64,000 nucleotides of DNA. Origin: an uncultured Bacteroidales bacterium (GTDB lineage Bacteria; Bacteroidota; Bacteroidia; Bacteroidales; VadinHA17). Below, piece after piece: positions 25,749-34,366 of the stretch (position 1 is the first letter of the stretch; each line of letters starts with the position of its first letter). Under the pieces are notes generated by a model, which was given only the letters and a program-made list of their open reading frames with translations, was not told the origin of the DNA and made no database searches. The DNA lies in contig CAVURA010000014.1 of the NCBI GenBank assembly GCA_963743775.1, positions 129,758 to 193,757 on the forward strand, written 5' to 3'. Made by a program: the position numbers and the translations under genes.

Positions 25749-27203
25749 GTGAAGAAAAGGATTTGGTTGTGTTTTATAGCCGGTCTGGCTGCCGGTGCTA
25801 TAATTTTACTTGGCATGGGGAAGGCAGTGGAAGCCACATCAACAAATGATTATTGTGCGTCATGTCACGTTCACCCGCAGGCTACAACAAGCTGGAAGCA
25901 GGGGGTTCACTATGCCACGAAGTCAGGCTACAGGGTCTCTTGTACCGAATGCCACCTTCCGCCAAAAGGTGAGGGTTATCTTATTGAAAAAGCGAAGACG
26001 GGTTCACGCGATATATGGAGCCACTGGACTAAAGACTCAACGGAGTACGACTGGGAAGCCGCCTCGACACTCGAGAGGGCTTCGAAACACGTTTATAATT
26101 CAACTTGTTTAAAATGCCACGAGAACCTTTTCCCGGCTGCCCTGACGCGTGAGGGGTCAGATGCCCATCTCTATTACAAGCAGATGACAGAAAAAGGAGA
26201 AGATATGCAGTGTATCAGCTGTCATCTGAATGCGGGTCACTACCTCAAGGATTACGTGCACGGCAGCAATAAGGGTTTCGGGCTGGCGCAAAAGCAGGCA
26301 GATACAATTTATACCCTTCCCGCCACCGTCACCTCATTCACTGATTTTACAGAGCAGGTGCCCGGGTCGGGTGTGACATTCCGCATGATCGCCCTGCCCG
26401 GAGGTGCCTTTACCATGGGAAGTCCTGAGAGCGAACCGTTGCGTAACCCTGATGAGGCTCAGCGCAATGTCACCATAGACTCATTCTTCATCGCCGAAGT
26501 TGAAGTGACATGGGATGAGTACATGGAGTTCTACAGGCAGACAGCATCTGAAGGGAGGTCGACGGATACTGAGGGATCGCGTCTTAAGAAGGAGGATGTT
26601 GATGCCGTCACCGGGGCTACTCCGCCGTACGGCAAGCCTGACCAGAACTGGGGAATGGGACAGAGACCGGCTATATCGATGAGCTATCATGCAGCTGAAA
26701 CATATTGCCGGTGGCTAAGCCTGGTTACAGGCAGGCGATACCGCCTTCCTACAGAAGCTGAGTGGGAGTATGCATGCAGGGCAGGCACAGAGACACCTTA
26801 TTTCTTTGAAGGTGACCCCTCGAGGTTCGAGAAAAAGGGTTTATTTGGAAACAAAGCCGATACTGCAGTCATAAGCACTTATGTCATCTACAGGGGCAAC
26901 AGCCAGTCAAGGACACAGGAGCCGGAAGCCGTGCAAGCCAATCCGTGGGGACTGAAAAATATGAGTGGCAATGTCGCTGAGTTCTGCTCTGACATATATG
27001 AGGGAACAACAGAACATGTCATCAGGGGAGGGTCATACCGTGACGGCGCTGCAGGTGTCAGAAGCGCTGCCCGTGACCGTACGCGCAGTGAAGCCTGGCT
27101 GAAGACTGATCCCCAGATGCCGAAGAGCGTCTGGTGGTATTCTGATTGTTTTTATGTGGGGTTCAGGGTAGTAATGGATAATGAATTAAAAATTAAGAAT
27201 TAA
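25749..27203 (+). CDS. Membrane-anchored NapC/NirT-type tetraheme cytochrome c fused to an FGE/SUMF1-fold domain
   Basis: GTG start. N-terminal TM helix. Four CxxCH motifs (CASCH, CTECH, CLKCH, CISCH) within residues 36-159. Residues from about 205 to 480 have SUMF1-family motifs (MIALPGGAFTMGS, WEYACRAG, NPWGLKNMSGNVAEF, IRGGSY, GFRVV). Confidence 0.8.
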   Translation: MKKRIWLCFIAGLAAGAIILLGMGKAVEATSTNDYCASCHVHPQATTSWKQGVHYATKSGYRVSCTECHLPPKGEGYLIEKAKTGSRDIWSHWTKDSTEYDWEAASTLERASKHVYNSTCLKCHENLFPAALTREGSDAHLYYKQMTEKGEDMQCISCHLNAGHYLKDYVHGSNKGFGLAQKQADTIYTLPATVTSFTDFTEQVPGSGVTFRMIALPGGAFTMGSPESEPLRNPDEAQRNVTIDSFFIAEVEVTWDEYMEFYRQTASEGRSTDTEGSRLKKEDVDAVTGATPPYGKPDQNWGMGQRPAISMSYHAAETYCRWLSLVTGRRYRLPTEAEWEYACRAGTETPYFFEGDPSRFEKKGLFGNKADTAVISTYVIYRGNSQSRTQEPEAVQANPWGLKNMSGNVAEFCSDIYEGTTEHVIRGGSYRDGAAGVRSAARDRTRSEAWLKTDPQMPKSVWWYSDCFYVGFRVVMDNELKIKN

Positions 27204-27225
27204 GAATTTGACTGACAGCATATTA

Positions 27226-27300
27226 CACCTTTCAACCTATCAACCCTTCAACCTATTGACCCTCAGACATCAGACCCTCAGACCAAACAACAGACAACAG
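27226..27300 (-). repeat. GGTTGA-unit repeat, inverted orientation (locus C)
   Basis: The plus strand reads caccttTCAACCtaTCAACCctTCAACCtatTGACCcTCAGACaTCAGACCcTCAGACC... The reverse complement shares the 14-mer ggttgaaaggtgta with locus A. Confidence 0.7.
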
Positions 27301-27314
27301 ATAATATAAAATTA

Positions 27315-27322
27315 TAACTTTG
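27315..27322 (+). promoter_or_regulatory. Candidate -7 box (TAACTTTG)
   Basis: Exact TAnnTTTG 20 nt upstream of the ATG at 27342. Confidence 0.35.
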
Positions 27323-27341
27323 ACACATACATAAACTAACC

Positions 27342-28667
27342 ATGAAAAAATCCGGTATTTCAAGAAGAAGTTTTCTGGGCACCGCTGCCGCTGCAGGTGC
27401 AGCTGGCATTGTTGTTCCCACACTACTCACATCATGCGCACCTAAACACAAGAATGTCGTACTCCCCGTCATGCTGGAAAAAGCACCTGACGGGCCGCTG
27501 CTTAAAGCAGGACTAATTGGCTGCGGCGGCAGGGGGACAGGCGCTGCGATTAATTTCATTCATGCCGGTCCGAACCTGACAATATCAGCACTGGGTGATG
27601 TGTTTACCGACAGGATTACCTCATGCCGTGAGCGCCTGGCAGAGGACGGCGTGCAGATAGCAGATGAGAATTGCTTTACGGGATTCGACGCATACCAGAA
27701 GGTCATTGAATCGGGTGTCGATATAATCATTCTCGCCACCCCTCCTGTGTTCCGGCCTGAACACGTCGAGGCTGCGGTGTCAGCCGGGAAACATGTCTTC
27801 ATGGAAAAGCCTGTCGCCGTTGATCCTGTCGGCGCAAGACAGATACTGGCTTCAGGTGAGAAGGCTAAGGGGATGGAGCTTTCAATTGTTACAGGCACCC
27901 AGAGACATCACCAGCATGATTACGTGGCTACCTGGGGCAAGATTCAGGAGGGAATGATCGGCGATATCGTATCAGCTAACTGCTACTGGAACCAGGGACA
28001 GCTCTGGTACCGTGAGCCAAACCCGTCATGGACGGAGATGGAATATATGATCCGCGACTGGGTCAACTGGAGCTGGCTTTCAGGTGATCATATCGTTGAG
28101 CAGCATGTTCATAATATTGACGTCATAAGCTGGTTCACCGGCAAGAGACCGGTCTCGGCAGTGTCATTCGGATCGCGCCAGCGCAGGCCCACCGGTGATC
28201 AGTACGACTTTTTCAGTACAGACTTTGTCTATGAGGGAGGCATCCATGTTCACAGCATGTGCCGCCAGATCAACGGCTGTGAAAGCAATGTGTCGGAATG
28301 GATTCAGGGGACTAAAGGCACCAGTAACTGCCAGAATACGGTATGGGACAAAGCGGGAACGCAGCTGTGGAAGTATGACGGTTACAAGCTTGACGAAGCG
28401 GGTAAGATGACAGAAGACCTGGCAATCAGTCCTTATGACCAGGAACATATAGATTTTGTTACCGCAATACGCACAGGCAAACCTCTCAACGAGGCAGAAT
28501 TTGTTGCCTACTCAACGATGGCGGGCATAATGGGCCGAGTCTCGGCATATACAGGCAAGCTGGTCACATGGGATGAGATGATGAACTCCGAACTGAAGCT
28601 TGGTCCGAAAGTGTATGCCATGGGCCCGGTGGATGTACCAAAAACAGTCCCGGTACCCGGCGAATAA
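27342..28667 (+). CDS. TAT-exported Gfo/Idh/MocA-family oxidoreductase
   Basis: Twin-arginine signal SRRSFLGTAAAAGAAG. Rossmann motif GLIGCGGRG. EKP motif (FMEKPVA). Confidence 0.85.
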   Translation: MKKSGISRRSFLGTAAAAGAAGIVVPTLLTSCAPKHKNVVLPVMLEKAPDGPLLKAGLIGCGGRGTGAAINFIHAGPNLTISALGDVFTDRITSCRERLAEDGVQIADENCFTGFDAYQKVIESGVDIIILATPPVFRPEHVEAAVSAGKHVFMEKPVAVDPVGARQILASGEKAKGMELSIVTGTQRHHQHDYVATWGKIQEGMIGDIVSANCYWNQGQLWYREPNPSWTEMEYMIRDWVNWSWLSGDHIVEQHVHNIDVISWFTGKRPVSAVSFGSRQRRPTGDQYDFFSTDFVYEGGIHVHSMCRQINGCESNVSEWIQGTKGTSNCQNTVWDKAGTQLWKYDGYKLDEAGKMTEDLAISPYDQEHIDFVTAIRTGKPLNEAEFVAYSTMAGIMGRVSAYTGKLVTWDEMMNSELKLGPKVYAMGPVDVPKTVPVPGE

Positions 28668-28682
28668 CATATAACAGTCATT

Positions 28683-29624
28683 ATGGAAAATAAACGATCA
28701 CGCCGCAGTTTTCTGACGGGCGCTGCTGCAACGGGTGCAGCACTCTTTGCTGCTCCTGCTCTTCTAAGGGGAAGCAGTATTGTATCCCGGGTGCCGGATC
28801 CGGATAAACCATTTACCCTTGGATATGCTCCTTCAATCGGCATGTTCCGCGAGCTGTGCGGCAGCGATGATGCAATCGACAATATTAAATTCATACACGA
28901 CAGGGGATTCCGGGCCGTCTTTGACAACGGCCTCCCGGGCCGCCCTCCGGCTGAGCAGGAGCGTATAGCCGCTGAATTGCAGCGACTGGGAATGATGATG
29001 GGACCATGGGTTCTCTATGCCGATTTTTCAAAGACCTCCTTCGTTCTTGATACTCAGGAAGTACGTGATTTCCTGAAGGCAAAGATGCAGGAGGGAGTTG
29101 ATATTGTACGTCGCACAGGTTTTAAAATGGCGCTCGTGGTGCCGGGACGGTATGATGAGAGGTTGCATCCTGACTACCAGCGGTCGAATGTGATTGACAA
29201 CCTTAAGTACTGCGCTGAGTTTGCCGAACCGGGGGGTATGACCATCGTCATTGAACCGCTGAACACGCTCAGTGATCATCCGGGTCTCTGGCTCACGCAG
29301 ATGCCACAGGCTTATCAGGTATGTGATGCTGTTAACAGTACTTCAGTCAAGATCGTGGAGGATCTGTACCACCAGCAAATCACCGAGGGAAACCTGATCC
29401 CGAACATCGAGGCATGCTGGGACCAGATAGCTGCTTTCCATGTGGGAGATAATCCCGGCCGCAATGAGCCTACAACAGGCGAGATCAATTTTAAGAACAT
29501 ATTCAAGTATCTCTATTCGCGTGATTATAAGGGTGTGATCTGTATGGAGCACGGCAGAAGTATCGAGGGTCCGGAAGGTATTAAGAGAGTGATAGAGGCA
29601 TACAGGGAATGCGATCCGTTCTGA
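28683..29624 (+). CDS. TAT-exported xylose-isomerase-like TIM-barrel protein (hydroxypyruvate-isomerase family)
   Basis: Twin-arginine signal SRRSFLTGAAATGAA. IEPLN, DLYHQQITEGNL, HVGDNPGRNEPTTGEINF and CMEHG motifs. Confidence 0.8.
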   Translation: MENKRSRRSFLTGAAATGAALFAAPALLRGSSIVSRVPDPDKPFTLGYAPSIGMFRELCGSDDAIDNIKFIHDRGFRAVFDNGLPGRPPAEQERIAAELQRLGMMMGPWVLYADFSKTSFVLDTQEVRDFLKAKMQEGVDIVRRTGFKMALVVPGRYDERLHPDYQRSNVIDNLKYCAEFAEPGGMTIVIEPLNTLSDHPGLWLTQMPQAYQVCDAVNSTSVKIVEDLYHQQITEGNLIPNIEACWDQIAAFHVGDNPGRNEPTTGEINFKNIFKYLYSRDYKGVICMEHGRSIEGPEGIKRVIEAYRECDPF

Positions 29625-31339
29625 CTGAACGTGGCAACACCATAAGCGATAAATGGATTAAGGCATCCATTATCGGAACGATATGGGCAGCTGCCGAGAT
29701 TGTTCTCGGCAGCTTTTTGCATAATCTCCGTGTTCCATTCAGCGGTAATGTTCTGACCGCCATCGCTCTTGTGATACTTATTTCTGTCAGTCATAAATGG
29801 CGCGAGCACGGGCTCTACTGGCGGGCCGGATTAATCTGCGCACTGATGAAAGCCATGTCGCCCAGCGCCATCATTTTCGGACCGATGATCGCCATCATTG
29901 CAGAATCATTGCTGCTTGAAGCCTCAGTGAGACTGTTCGGCAGAACATTCATCGGCTTCATCATCGGATCGATGCTGGCAATGTCATGGAACCTTTTCCA
30001 GAAAATCCTTAACCTGGTCATTTTTTACGGAGGCAAGCTCGTCGACCTGTATTCGAGCCTGACCGATTATGTTGCACGTGAGCTGAATCTTAGGTTTGAT
30101 GCTTTCTGGGCACCGCTGATTCTGCTGGTGACGCTTTATGCAGTGTTCGGCGCAGCGGCAGCCATTGTCGGCATCAGAACAGGACGCAGGATCGTTTCCC
30201 GTCCTGCCGGGGCAGTATTGCAGGAAAAGCCCGCAGCGCCGCCCTCCGGGGCACGTTTAGAAAAGCCGTTTAATTATTCGGTTATCTGGCTTGCAATTGA
30301 TATTCTGCTTGTAGCCGGTGCACTGGTGATTGTCAGCCAGGCTAAATGGATTTACTGGATCATAACGGTGATCCCTGTGACAACATTACTGGCTGTGCGC
30401 TACAAGCGTGCCATGAGACAGCTTGGCAAACCCGGATTCTGGATCACGTTCGTTGTCATTACAATGCTGTCAGCTATGGCGTTTACCGCGTTCCAGCCGG
30501 GAAGCAATAATATTGCCAATGGAGTACTGATAGGCGTGCAGATGAATTTCCGCGCATTGATCATCATCGTCGGTTTCTCCGCCCTCGGTACAGAATTGTA
30601 CAATCCTGTGATCCGCGAACTGTTCAGCAAAACACATTTCAGACAACTGCCCCTGGCGCTTGAACTCTCTGCCGAAAGCCTTCCCTCAATGATTGCGGCG
30701 ATGCCTGACCTAAAGACCGCCATTAAAGACCCGGCATCGATACTCAGCAGCATGATAGCGCAGGTTGAGAGACGGCTGAGCGAGGCCAGGGCCGAACAGA
30801 AGACAATGCAGAAGGTTTACATACTTACCGGTGAGGCAGGCGAAGGCAAAACGAGCTTACTGCAGAAACTGACGGTAGTATTGAAAGAAAAAGGGATCAT
30901 GGCGGGAGGCATCCTTGCGCCGCGGATTATGGAAGGGGAGATGACCACGGGCTATGACGTACTCGATATTATTTCTGGTATAAGAGCTCCGTTTCTCCGG
31001 CTGACAAATGCGGAAATCAGGGGGGTGGAGAGGTTCACCCGGATAGAGGCAGGGTATCAGGCAGGACTTAAAGCTCTTGACCCTGACAATAACAGAGACA
31101 GTCACGTGATTGTAATTGACGAGGCGGGTCCGCTGGAGCTCAGGGGTGAAGGCTGGGCCGGACGGATAAGCGAAATATTGAAAACAAATGAATGGCAGAT
31201 TATTCTTGTCGTCAGAAAAAGTCTTGTCACCGAGGTTATCCGAAAATTCGGCATAAAGGATCCTGCGATTTACGTGGTCGGCCCGGGTGATTACAACAAA
31301 CTATTAAATGAGGTCATTAAAACAGGCGGAAATGGATGA
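29609..31339 (+). CDS. Fusion of a multi-TM membrane domain with a C-terminal P-loop NTPase (THEP1/DUF2478-like)
   Basis: About 8 predicted TM helices in residues 1-390. Then Walker A GEAGEGKTS and Walker B VIVIDEAGPLE. Overlaps the upstream gene by 16 nt and the downstream gene by 8 nt. Confidence 0.55.
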   Translation: MRSVLTERGNTISDKWIKASIIGTIWAAAEIVLGSFLHNLRVPFSGNVLTAIALVILISVSHKWREHGLYWRAGLICALMKAMSPSAIIFGPMIAIIAESLLLEASVRLFGRTFIGFIIGSMLAMSWNLFQKILNLVIFYGGKLVDLYSSLTDYVARELNLRFDAFWAPLILLVTLYAVFGAAAAIVGIRTGRRIVSRPAGAVLQEKPAAPPSGARLEKPFNYSVIWLAIDILLVAGALVIVSQAKWIYWIITVIPVTTLLAVRYKRAMRQLGKPGFWITFVVITMLSAMAFTAFQPGSNNIANGVLIGVQMNFRALIIIVGFSALGTELYNPVIRELFSKTHFRQLPLALELSAESLPSMIAAMPDLKTAIKDPASILSSMIAQVERRLSEARAEQKTMQKVYILTGEAGEGKTSLLQKLTVVLKEKGIMAGGILAPRIMEGEMTTGYDVLDIISGIRAPFLRLTNAEIRGVERFTRIEAGYQAGLKALDPDNNRDSHVIVIDEAGPLELRGEGWAGRISEILKTNEWQIILVVRKSLVTEVIRKFGIKDPAIYVVGPGDYNKLLNEVIKTGGNG

Positions 31340-32042
31340 GGTAATCAGAAAAGTCAGGCAGGAGCTGATGGATGCTTCGGATGAAAAGACAAGGAAGTCA
31401 GGAATGAGGTTTTTCAAAGAGGAGGTCACCCTCTACGGTGTGAAGTCAAAGACTGTGGGACAGATTGCGAAGGAAAATTTTGCTGCAATTAAAAACAAGC
31501 CCAAGTCAGAGATTTTTAAATATTGTGATGCCCTGTGGCAGTCAGGTTATCTTGAAGAATCGTTCATTGCTTGTGAGTGGTCACACAAACTGAATAAGCA
31601 ATACACGCCGGAAGATTTTCGCGTCTTCGAAAAATGGGTTCACAGATACCTGAATAACTGGGCCTCATGCGACACTCTGTGCAATCACACTGTCGGAGAT
31701 TGTGTTCAGATGTATCCCGACCACCTCTCTGACCTGAAGAAGTGGGCTTTATCAGATAACAGATGGGTACGGCGTGCATCTGCAGTGTCGCTGATTGTGC
31801 CTGCCCGTCACGGAAAATTCCTGCCGGATATTTTTGAGATTGCAGAGATACTCTTACTTGATACGGATGATATGGTGCAGAAGGGTTACGGCTGGATGTT
31901 AAAGGAAGCCAGCAAACCGTATCAGAAGGAGGTGTTTGATTTTGTCATGAAGAATAAAGCAGTCATGCCGCGAACGGCTCTGAGATATGCCATCGAGAAA
32001 ATGCCGCCCGAGCTGAAAATCAGGGCAATGGATAGAAAATAG
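31332..32042 (+). CDS. DNA alkylation repair protein (AlkD-like HEAT-repeat family)
   Basis: The ATG at 31332 overlaps the upstream stop (ATGGATGA). The helical repeat pattern with W..S.....W.RR...V and the GYGWMLKE segment are typical of this family. Confidence 0.65.
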   Translation: MDEVIRKVRQELMDASDEKTRKSGMRFFKEEVTLYGVKSKTVGQIAKENFAAIKNKPKSEIFKYCDALWQSGYLEESFIACEWSHKLNKQYTPEDFRVFEKWVHRYLNNWASCDTLCNHTVGDCVQMYPDHLSDLKKWALSDNRWVRRASAVSLIVPARHGKFLPDIFEIAEILLLDTDDMVQKGYGWMLKEASKPYQKEVFDFVMKNKAVMPRTALRYAIEKMPPELKIRAMDRK

Positions 32043-32053
32043 CATGCTGGCGA

Positions 32054-32090
32054 TCCCGCGGAGCGGGAGAGGCAGTCCCGCAAAGCGGGA
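32054..32090. repeat. Two copies of a 15-nt GC hairpin (TCCCGC-nnn-GCGGGA)
   Basis: TCCCGCggaGCGGGA at 32054-32068 and TCCCGCaaaGCGGGA at 32076-32090, between convergent genes. Confidence 0.75.
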
Positions 32091-32136
32091 TGGCATGGAA
32101 CATGGGGGAAGGCATTTATCACTTTCCGATCATTGT

Positions 32137-33675
32137 TTACCGGATATCCTTTGTTCTTTCCTCCCAAAAGTTGTTGAAGCTTGTAACAGGCTCTTCACAA
32201 AGAAATACCCCTGTGCCGTATTCCCGGGCGTCGGGGTCGGATATTCTTCCGACCAGGGTGATTTTGGCAAACAGCTCCTTCATATCTTCTCCGGGCTCAC
32301 CGTTTATATAGACCAGTGACTTAATCTCAACCGGAAACTCATGCGGGAACCAGTAACTGAAGCTCTCATTGAAGCTTACTGCCTCGGGCAATCCGTACTT
32401 TTTACCGATTATTGTTATTGCTCCTGCCTGTCCGTAATTTTCACAGTATATAAATGAAGCTTCTTTTTCTCCGATCATCTGGTATGCACTGTCGGCAAGG
32501 GCCGTGAGCTCTTCCCATCCGATCATATCAGCATAATCCTGCGGCAGTGAGTGAATGGTGCCATCCTCAAATCTTCTTCCCAGGTCAATCCCGTATTTTT
32601 CGTCAAGTACCTTAAAATAGACTTTCAGGCCCTCTTTATCCCATACAGGCAATCCGAATGGCACATTGGGAATTGTTATCAGAATCATGAAAAATGGCAG
32701 GACAATCCGTGTTATCCGGCTCCTGAGCCATGTATCAAACGCCGCACCTCCTGCGGCGATCATCATGGGGTAGATACCGAGTGTATAATAACCCTTCCCC
32801 TTCATGAATAAAAGGGCGGCAACGATTAAGATTGAAAGGAACCCAAGGAATCTGAGATTCTTCATCTTTGGGGAAAAGAGAAGGAAGATAAGACCTCCGA
32901 TTACCAATATTGACCCGGCAAAGGGACTGATTATCTGTTCAGTGAGGAAGGTGACGGCATCCATATGTACAAGTTGAGTATCATACAGCTCCGACATATG
33001 GTTAAAGACGGGGAAGCCCTTTGCTGCCTGCCAGAGCAGGTTCGGGAGAAAAATTAATCCTCCTGCAATTATGCCGAACCAAAAAGATCTGTTTCTGAAG
33101 ATATTCCGGTATTTTGTAAAGGGAATAACAACCAACAGCCCTGTAAATAAAAGTCCCGAGAGGTATTTGTTAAGCAGGGCGAATCCGGCAACTATTCCAA
33201 GAAAAATAAGAAACCTGTCCTTTCCGGTATTTATGAACTTAAGAATCAGCCATATGCAGAGAGTCCATAAGAATACTTCAATATGTACAGGCATAAACAG
33301 AAAATAAGTTCTCATGAAAAAGATGCTTACTGACAGGCCTGTCGCAGCGAGTATGGAGCTGTATCTTGTTCCTCCCAGTTCTCTGGCCATGGAAGCAACG
33401 ATGAAAATCATTACACCCCCGAGCAGGGCAGGAAAGAGTCTTACGGCAAAGAGGTTATTCCCAAAGATGTTCTGCATCAGCCAGCTTATCCATCCTATAA
33501 GCGGAGGAACACTGGCATAACCGAAAGCAGGATGATGACCAAGTGAAAAGTAAAGCAGTTCGTCGCGGTGGTATTCAAGGTTATCATATACAAGCAACCG
33601 CGCTGCTATGTTCAGCAGGGCTATTGCCAGAATAACAGGGTCAATCCTTTCAAAAATCTTTGTTTTTTGTTCCAT
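32137..33675 (-). CDS. ArnT/PMT-like (GT39/GT83) membrane glycosyltransferase
   Basis: More than 10 TM helices. N-terminal loop YHRDELLYFSLG... with the DE motif typical of GT-C enzymes. I prefer the ATG at 33675 to the GTG at 33681. Confidence 0.7.
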   Translation of the reverse strand: MEQKTKIFERIDPVILAIALLNIAARLLVYDNLEYHRDELLYFSLGHHPAFGYASVPPLIGWISWLMQNIFGNNLFAVRLFPALLGGVMIFIVASMARELGGTRYSSILAATGLSVSIFFMRTYFLFMPVHIEVFLWTLCIWLILKFINTGKDRFLIFLGIVAGFALLNKYLSGLLFTGLLVVIPFTKYRNIFRNRSFWFGIIAGGLIFLPNLLWQAAKGFPVFNHMSELYDTQLVHMDAVTFLTEQIISPFAGSILVIGGLIFLLFSPKMKNLRFLGFLSILIVAALLFMKGKGYYTLGIYPMMIAAGGAAFDTWLRSRITRIVLPFFMILITIPNVPFGLPVWDKEGLKVYFKVLDEKYGIDLGRRFEDGTIHSLPQDYADMIGWEELTALADSAYQMIGEKEASFIYCENYGQAGAITIIGKKYGLPEAVSFNESFSYWFPHEFPVEIKSLVYINGEPGEDMKELFAKITLVGRISDPDAREYGTGVFLCEEPVTSFNNFWEERTKDIR

Positions 33676-33680
33676 GCCCA

Positions 33681-34253
33681 CTATTGCCTTTCTATCCAGT
33701 CCTCAACAGAAATCACAGATGCATAACTCTTCATCGCAGCCAGGGTTGAGGCATGCACGTCAGCCGCGGTCACCTCGCGGTCACCGAATTTCAGGTTTCG
33801 TGACGCGCAGGCATCATGGAGCAGAAAAACATAATAGCCAAGATCACTGGCGGCACGCACTGCAGCCTCAACACACATCTGCGTCTGCATCCCGCAGATA
33901 ACAAGTGTGTCGACACCAAGACTCTGAATATGTTCAGCCAGTCCCGTGCCCAGAAAACTGTTGACCTCTTCCTTGACGAATATTGCTTCGCCCGGTGCGG
34001 GTTTGACCAGGTCATTTATTTCCATTCCTGCCGCCGACTTATGCTGGATGAAAATGACAGGGTTATTTTCTGTCCGGGCATGAGCTATCGCTATGGCAGC
34101 TTTTTCGGCTGCCTGAACCGGTTCCACAAGCTCAGACCGGCCCCCCGGAAAGTAAAAGTTTTGAATATCTATCACCAGCATTGCATAGTTCTTCTGTGCT
34201 TCCATCACAACGACTGTGCATATAAGAGCGATGAAGAGGATAATCTTTTTCAT
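33681..34253 (-). CDS. Isochorismatase-family cysteine hydrolase (with signal peptide)
   Basis: LVIDIQNFY, IQH and TLVICGMQTQMCVE (catalytic Cys) motifs. Confidence 0.8.
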   Translation of the reverse strand: MKKIILFIALICTVVVMEAQKNYAMLVIDIQNFYFPGGRSELVEPVQAAEKAAIAIAHARTENNPVIFIQHKSAAGMEINDLVKPAPGEAIFVKEEVNSFLGTGLAEHIQSLGVDTLVICGMQTQMCVEAAVRAASDLGYYVFLLHDACASRNLKFGDREVTAADVHASTLAAMKSYASVISVEDWIERQ

Positions 34254-34275
34254 TTTCTGTTACCTGTTTATGATT

Positions 34276-34283
34276 CAAAAGTA
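34276..34283 (-). promoter_or_regulatory. Candidate -7 box (TACTTTTG)
   Basis: Exact TAnnTTTG 23 nt upstream of the ATG at 34253. Confidence 0.35.
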
Positions 34284-34366
34284 GAGGTTAATTCTGTATT
34301 GCGCAGGAACATCTGCCATTAAAAATTGTTATACTTTTCAGAGGTGAAAATCCTTAACAAGTCCTG

